From: an uncultured delta proteobacterium
Lineage (GTDB): Bacteria > Desulfobacterota > Binatia > Binatales > Binataceae
Direction: 5' to 3'
NCBI GenBank assembly: GCA_963710425.1
Contig: CAVQAR010000018.1
Location: 71,506 to 135,505, forward strand
Length of the DNA stretch: 64,000 bases
Shown: positions 59,550 to 64,000 of the stretch, piece after piece
How positions within the stretch are numbered: position 1 is the stretch's first letter
How the letters are laid out: each line of letters opens with the position of its first letter
Notes under the pieces: model-generated
What the model was told of the DNA's origin: nothing
Databases searched by the model: none
Seen by the model: only the letters and a program-made list of their open reading frames with translations
Position numbers and translations under genes: made by a program

Positions 59550-60830
59550 TTGATCGATTTCACGAAGCGGCGCCGCCGCGAGACCTCAACCAACGGTCTC
59601 GACGGCGGTATCATCTTAAAGCTTTCTGGGGCAACCTTGGGCCACCCGCAAAAACTAAGCGTTCTCCACATTGGCAAGTTCTATCGGCCTCATCTCGGCG
59701 GTATTGAGACACATGTCGAATCGCTTTGCCATGGATTGCGCAAATCGATGGACGTGCGCGTGCTGGTGGCCAGCAACCGCCGGTACCGCGAGAACAGCGT
59801 GATCGACGGGATTCCCGTAACCCGGGTTCACGTCCCTGTGACTATCGCCGGCGCCCCAATCTGTCCGGGCATGGTTGGACAGATTCGCAAGAACCGCCCC
59901 GACATCATCCATCTTCATCTGCCAAATCCCACTGGTGTCCTGGCAGTGCTGGCTAGCGGATACCGGGGACGAGTCGTCGTCACCTGGCACAGCGACATAG
60001 TGCGCCAGCGCCGGCTCGCCCGCCTGTATCGACCGATCGAACGGATTTTACTCAACCGGTGTTCCACGATCATCGCTTCTTCGCCCGCTTATATTGCCAG
60101 CTCGCCGGTGCTCCGCGAACACGCCGATCGATGCCGCTCGATCCCGTTTGGAATCGACGCGGAGAAATTCGACGTCCGTCACGTTGACCAGGCGCTGCTT
60201 CGCGATCTGCGCGATCGCTTCGGACCGAGAATGATCCTGTCAGTCGGACGACTGGTCTATTACAAGGGAATTCAGTTTCTTATCCAGGCGATGGCGAAAG
60301 TCGACGCCAAACTGGTGATTATCGGCGAGGGACCGATGCGCCCGTCCCTCGAGCAGGAAGTGGCAGCGCTCGGAATCGCCGACCGGGTTATCTTTCTCGG
60401 CCGGGTTCACGACAATCTCACTACCTATTTCCACGCCGCCGACGTCTTCGCGCTGCCGTCTTGCGAACGCAGCGAGGCCTTCGGGATAGTTCAATTGGAA
60501 GCGATGGCGTCCGGTAAGCCTGTGATCAACACGCAGATCGATTCGGGCGTTCCGTACGTATCCCTCGACGGGATCACCGGTATCACGGTCGAGCCAAGAA
60601 GTTCGGAAGCGATGGCCGCGGCCCTGAACCGGTTGTTTGACGACCCCGAGTTACGACGACGGATGGGGCAAGCCGGCCGTCACCGGGTGCAAACAGAATT
60701 TAACCTCGACCTGATGGTGCGGCGGACGATGGAAATATATGAACAAGTCGGTGCGAGAGAGATAAGCGCCCATTTTGAAAGCAACGGGGCTGCGCGAGGC
60801 GAGTTTACATCGCATGTTGCAATGCGATAG
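59550..60830 (+). CDS. GT-B (family 4-like) glycosyltransferase
   Basis: LSVLHIGKFYRPHLGGIETHVESL..ILSVGRLVYYKGIQFLI..RSEAFGIVQLEAMASGKPVINTQIDSGVPYV. The true start may lie downstream of 59550. Confidence 0.85.
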   Translation: MIDFTKRRRRETSTNGLDGGIILKLSGATLGHPQKLSVLHIGKFYRPHLGGIETHVESLCHGLRKSMDVRVLVASNRRYRENSVIDGIPVTRVHVPVTIAGAPICPGMVGQIRKNRPDIIHLHLPNPTGVLAVLASGYRGRVVVTWHSDIVRQRRLARLYRPIERILLNRCSTIIASSPAYIASSPVLREHADRCRSIPFGIDAEKFDVRHVDQALLRDLRDRFGPRMILSVGRLVYYKGIQFLIQAMAKVDAKLVIIGEGPMRPSLEQEVAALGIADRVIFLGRVHDNLTTYFHAADVFALPSCERSEAFGIVQLEAMASGKPVINTQIDSGVPYVSLDGITGITVEPRSSEAMAAALNRLFDDPELRRRMGQAGRHRVQTEFNLDLMVRRTMEIYEQVGAREISAHFESNGAARGEFTSHVAMR

Positions 60831-60965
60831 TTGGCCGGACATCAACACAAGTTGTTTTCTTTTCCGCCAAAACACTCGGGTTGAAGCGGTTTTCGTCAAA
60901 CCTGACTGTATGTCATAGTACGGCACGGAATGGACGCCACAACTGAACGTGGTGTTGATTAGTAC

Positions 60966-61718
60966 GTGAAGGAGAGCAAAATGACCTCTTGGCGAATAAC
61001 GGCGCTGGCGTTCGTGGCGCTGCTGACGATTGTGGCGGTCCCGTCCGCGCACGCCCAGAATACCGTCGGCACTATCACGCAAATTACCGGCGCCGCGACT
61101 ATCCAGCGAGGTGGCGCGACCATTGCCGCGGTGCCGAACATGCCGGTGATGCTGCACGACAAGATTGTGACCGGGGCCGGCGGAAGCCTGACCATCGGCT
61201 TAGTGGATAACAGCTCTCTACAATTAGGCGAATCCTCGACCATTACTATCGACGATAGCGTTCTGGTCAATGGAGTCGGCGCGCCCAGCAAGGTCGGTCT
61301 GCTCGGGGGCGACTTGCACACTGTAATATTGGGCGCGATGCGCGGCACTTCGACCACCTTCCAGGTCAATACACCTAACGCCATCGGAGCGGTTCGCGGA
61401 ACCTCCTGGCATGAGCACTACGACGAGGACGAGCATAAAGAATCCAAGGGTTGCCGCCAGACCACTGAGGTTGACGTTGACGACGGCACGGTGCAGGTCT
61501 GCAATACCGAGAATCCGCCTGTATGTAAGGATATCCACCAAGGCCAGCACACCTACGTCAGATGCGGCGCATTCTGGCAGGGAGGCGGCTTGGGTGGAGT
61601 GGCTGCGGGAGCGCTTGGAGTAGGCTTGGCAGCCGGTATTGGCGTCGGAGTAGCGGCAGGAGCCGGATCTTTTAACGGCGGCGGCGGTAACGGCGGTCCA
61701 TCTACAGGTTCCAAGTGA
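60966..61718 (+). CDS. secreted FecR-domain protein with Gly-rich hydrophobic C-terminus
   Basis: Signal peptide ..ALAFVALLTIVAVPSAHA. FecR-like segment TGAATIQRGGATIAAVPNMPVMLHDKIVTGAGGSLTIGLVDNSSLQLGESSTITID. C-terminal GGLGGVAAGALGVGLAAGIGVGVAAGAGSF. Confidence 0.7.
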   Translation: MKESKMTSWRITALAFVALLTIVAVPSAHAQNTVGTITQITGAATIQRGGATIAAVPNMPVMLHDKIVTGAGGSLTIGLVDNSSLQLGESSTITIDDSVLVNGVGAPSKVGLLGGDLHTVILGAMRGTSTTFQVNTPNAIGAVRGTSWHEHYDEDEHKESKGCRQTTEVDVDDGTVQVCNTENPPVCKDIHQGQHTYVRCGAFWQGGGLGGVAAGALGVGLAAGIGVGVAAGAGSFNGGGGNGGPSTGSK

Positions 61719-61780
61719 TCGACCGGCGACGTTGAATCTGTATCGTCGAAAAGCGGCCGATCAAGTAAGAGTACTGGTCG

Positions 61781-62167
61781 ATGAGCCTGATTGTCGGACT
61801 CGATCACGTAAACCTTCTCATCGACAGCGGCGACGACACGCTCTCGCGGGCACGAGCGTTTTACCAGGAACTGCTCGGCCTCGAACCGCTCGAGCGTCCC
61901 GCCAACACCGACAGCGGCAATCCCGGCGCATGGTACCAATGCGGCGTCCAGCAACTGCATCTGACCACCGAAAAAGACGCGTCGATGGTCAATCGGAAGT
62001 CGCGCCGACACCCCGCCTTCCGCGTCTCCAATCTCGAAGCACTGCGCCAGAGACTCGAAACGGCCGGCATTGAAATAATCGCAGGCAACCGATTCCCCGG
62101 CCAGGAACGCTTCTTCGTACGCGACCCTTGGGGTAACCGCCTCGAATTCGTAGAACGCTCAGCTTAA
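61781..62167 (+). CDS. VOC/glyoxalase-family protein
   Basis: 128 aa: GLDHVNLLI..FYQELLGLEP..HPAFRVSNLEALRQRLETAGIEI..RFFVRDPWGNRLEF. Confidence 0.8.
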   Translation: MSLIVGLDHVNLLIDSGDDTLSRARAFYQELLGLEPLERPANTDSGNPGAWYQCGVQQLHLTTEKDASMVNRKSRRHPAFRVSNLEALRQRLETAGIEIIAGNRFPGQERFFVRDPWGNRLEFVERSA

Positions 62168-62195
62168 CTTGTCCGATTCCCGCAACGCGATTGTT

Positions 62196-62287
62196 CCCCT
62201 TCCCTCGAGGGAGGGGGTTCTCCCAACAATCCGGTTCCACTTCCGCGAGGCTCTCGAAAAAAGGGGTTAGGGGTTAGGTTCCTGGGG
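62196..62287 (+). repeat. intergenic repeat modules (palindrome plus GGGGTTAGGGGTTAGG tract)
   Basis: CCCCTTCCCTCGAGGGAGGGGG (compare 17637-17658) and GGGGTTAGGGGTTAGGTTCCTGGGG (compare 17655-17690). Lies between convergent genes. Confidence 0.85.
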
Positions 62288-62302
62288 AGAACAGCCCCCT
62301 AC

Positions 62303-62905
62303 TCAGTACCCGCCCATACCCGGCGATTCCATCGCGCCCGGCGTCGCCTCTGCAACCGGCGTCGCCTCGCCCAGCGGCGTGGACTGCGGTGCCGGCGTCC
62401 CGACCGGCGCGCCGAACGGCGCCATCGCTTCGTGGCCGTATTTCATCGCCTCGAGCGGACGTCCCGAAATCACGTTCGAAGTCGCGGGCGCCGGGCTCTC
62501 GACCAGCGTGTCCGCGACACCTTCGCGCTCGAACGGCCGGCGCACATCGAGCGGCGCAGGCTCGAGGACATGGCCGACATTGATGTCGGCGTTATCGACC
62601 CGAATCCTGCTGACGAGAATCAGGCCGCGTTCCGCGCGAAGATCGTAAACTCCCGGAGGTAAATCCGCCGTGAACGATCCATCGGGCGTGGTCGGCGCGA
62701 CGTAGATATCGCTGGTCACGCGATTCTCATAATGAAGCTGACGCCGCTCCGCCGGTTTCCCGTTGCGGTACGACATCATCCCGCTAACATTCGCCGCCCC
62801 CGCCATCCGCGCTCCCACCGCAATACCCGCGCCGACAGCAACCGAAAGAACAATCGCCGCGAAACGAAAATCGCGTCCCGACTTGCGCTTGGAAATATTC
62901 TTCAC
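62303..62905 (-). CDS. secreted carboxypeptidase-regulatory-like domain protein
   Basis: TM/signal segment FAAIVLSVAVGAGIAVGA, then YVAPTTPDGSFTADLPPGVYDLRAERGLILVSRIRVDNADINVGHV. Pro/Ala/Thr-rich tail. Confidence 0.6.
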   Translation of the reverse strand: MKNISKRKSGRDFRFAAIVLSVAVGAGIAVGARMAGAANVSGMMSYRNGKPAERRQLHYENRVTSDIYVAPTTPDGSFTADLPPGVYDLRAERGLILVSRIRVDNADINVGHVLEPAPLDVRRPFEREGVADTLVESPAPATSNVISGRPLEAMKYGHEAMAPFGAPVGTPAPQSTPLGEATPVAEATPGAMESPGMGGY

Positions 62906-63017
62906 GACGACTCCATGGGAAGTAAGTTTCGCGCCCGCTGAATTGTAGCCGCTCGCGGCATTTCCATCAAAGCCTGTGCATCGCCTATGCTTTCAAAAAA
63001 TCTCGACGAGGAAAACG

Positions 63018-63371
63018 ATGGAACGCATAACCCTTTTTCACAACCCCGGATGAGGCAACTCACGCGGCGCGCTTGATCTTCTTCGCGCCCGCAAGGTCGA
63101 GTTCGACCTCATCGATTATCTAAAAGATCATCCGACCCGCGATCAGCTCGAGAAAATAGTCGGCATGCTCGACGGCCCGGTCGCCGACCTGGTCCGCAAG
63201 GACAAGCGCTTCAAGGAGCTCGGCTTGAATCCCGGTGACTACGCCGACAAGAAGGCGGTCGTCACGCTCCTGCTCGAGCATCCCGAGCTGATGCAGCGCC
63301 CAATCGTAATTCGCGGCAAGCGCGCAATAATCGCGCGCCCCCCGGAAAAACTCGAAGCTCTATTGTCCTGA
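63018..63371 (+). CDS. arsC: ArsC-family (glutaredoxin-type arsenate reductase-like) protein with in-frame TGA at the catalytic Cys position; candidate selenoprotein
   Basis: ATG 63018 opens MERITLFHNPG-TGA(63051-63053)-GNSRGALDLLRARKVEFDLIDYLKDHPTRDQLEKIVGMLDGPVADLVRKDKRFKELGL..HPELMQRPIVI. This is in frame with tracked ORF 63165..63371. It aligns with the ArsC HNPxCxxSR motif, with TGA in place of the Cys codon. Confidence 0.7.
63064..63092 (+). promoter_or_regulatory. SECIS-like stem-loop downstream of the in-frame TGA
   Basis: GCGGCGCG (63064-63071) pairs with CGCGCC(C)GC (63084-63092) with one bulged C. 12-nt loop CTTGATCTTCTT. The stem starts 10 nt after the TGA. Confidence 0.5.
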
Positions 63372-63440
63372 CACTGGGTGCAGGGGTCACCCCTGCCGAA
63401 GGAAGCGTGAAACCCACCGCGGGTTTCACATTAAATTAAG
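63372..63440 (+). repeat. two-hairpin intergenic repeat unit
   Basis: CACTGGGTGCAGGGGTCACCCCTGCCGAAGGAAGCGTGAAACCCACCGCGGGTTTCACATTAAATTAAG. Lies between the convergent genes arsC and rpmB. Confidence 0.9.
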
Positions 63441-63456
63441 TGAATTGCGCGTCGCG

Positions 63457-63645
63457 CTACGCGCTCTTCTTAACCTTGCCCGCGCGAATACATCGCGTGC
63501 AGACCAGGATTCGCTGCACGTTGCCGTTAATCTCGGCGCGCACTTCCTGCAGGTTGGGATTCCATCGCCGCTTGGTCTTGTTGTTGGCGTGGCTGACGTT
63601 GTTGCCGACTGACGGATGCTTTTTGCAGTATGCGCAATGTCTCAT
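63457..63645 (-). CDS. rpmB: 50S ribosomal protein L28
   Basis: [60 protein letters not shown]. Start at the internal Met (63645); the tracked start 63816 is an upstream extension. Confidence 0.9.
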   Translation of the reverse strand: MRHCAYCKKHPSVGNNVSHANNKTKRRWNPNLQEVRAEINGNVQRILVCTRCIRAGKVKKSA

Positions 63646-63689
63646 TGGTCTTCCGTTCGATCCTTGAAAATCCTCACAGGTGAATCCTG

Positions 63690-64000
63690 CTAGGGTAGCC
63701 CGACCTGCGGCCGCGTGAAAGAGGGCGAATACCGCGCCTTCAGCAGCGCATCGCCGACCGCCTCCGACGACAACACCGCGCCCGCGTCGCATCCGCACTT
63801 GAGGCTCATCAGCCACGCACTGCGCCCGAGCGCACCGGCATAACTGTCGAGCTGTTCCTTCAGCCCTTTCGGCGCGTCCTTGTCCTCGACCGTCACGTCC
63901 TTGGCGCTGACGATCACGTCGTTCGGTATCGAGCCGGTCTGCTCGCTGAAGAGCTGCTTGATCATCGCGATGAACGCCTGATGGTCGAGCGCGGGCACGT
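63690..64000 (-). CDS. hypothetical protein (partial, N-terminus beyond right edge)
   Basis: Open frame to the window end: ..[84 protein letters not shown]. Family not recognised. Confidence 0.4.
   Translation of the reverse strand, partial: VPALDHQAFIAMIKQLFSEQTGSIPNDVIVSAKDVTVEDKDAPKGLKEQLDSYAGALGRSAWLMSLKCGCDAGAVLSSEAVGDALLKARYSPSFTRPQVGLP

Overview
High-GC segment from a diderm bacterium (Mla system, Wza and lipoproteins present), probably from an indel-prone or metagenomic assembly. 1-21.4 kb is housekeeping: proB, obg, rpmA, rplU, sufT, an exonuclease/GIY-YIG repair nuclease, cofC, mlaEFDCA, lipA, lipB and lpd. Three type II toxin-antitoxin pairs (higBA, vapBC, brnTA) and a modular family of hairpin-forming intergenic repeats are interspersed. 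21.4-33.1 kb is visibly lower in G+C. It encodes two very large secreted proteins (one a pectate-lyase-type beta-helix), a truncated paralogue with a duplicated 183-bp leader, GT-C-like membrane proteins and methyltransferases. 33.1-60.8 kb is a large surface-polysaccharide locus: Wza, Wzc tyrosine kinase, two O-antigen-ligase/Wzy-like proteins, a Wzm/Wzt ABC exporter, 10 GT-B glycosyltransferases, 4 methyltransferases and a GT-C-like protein. No flippase, initiating transferase or sugar-nucleotide genes are visible in the window. The right end has a FecR-domain protein, a VOC protein, rpmB and an ArsC-family gene. The ArsC gene has an in-frame TGA exactly at the catalytic Cys codon, followed by a SECIS-like hairpin, making it a candidate selenoprotein and the most interesting single signal. 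Caveat: at least 20 genes or sites need a 1-nt frame change to give a full-length protein, most likely from assembly indels, so many tracked ORFs are fragments of one gene. I found no CRISPR array, rRNA, tRNA, integrase or transposase.
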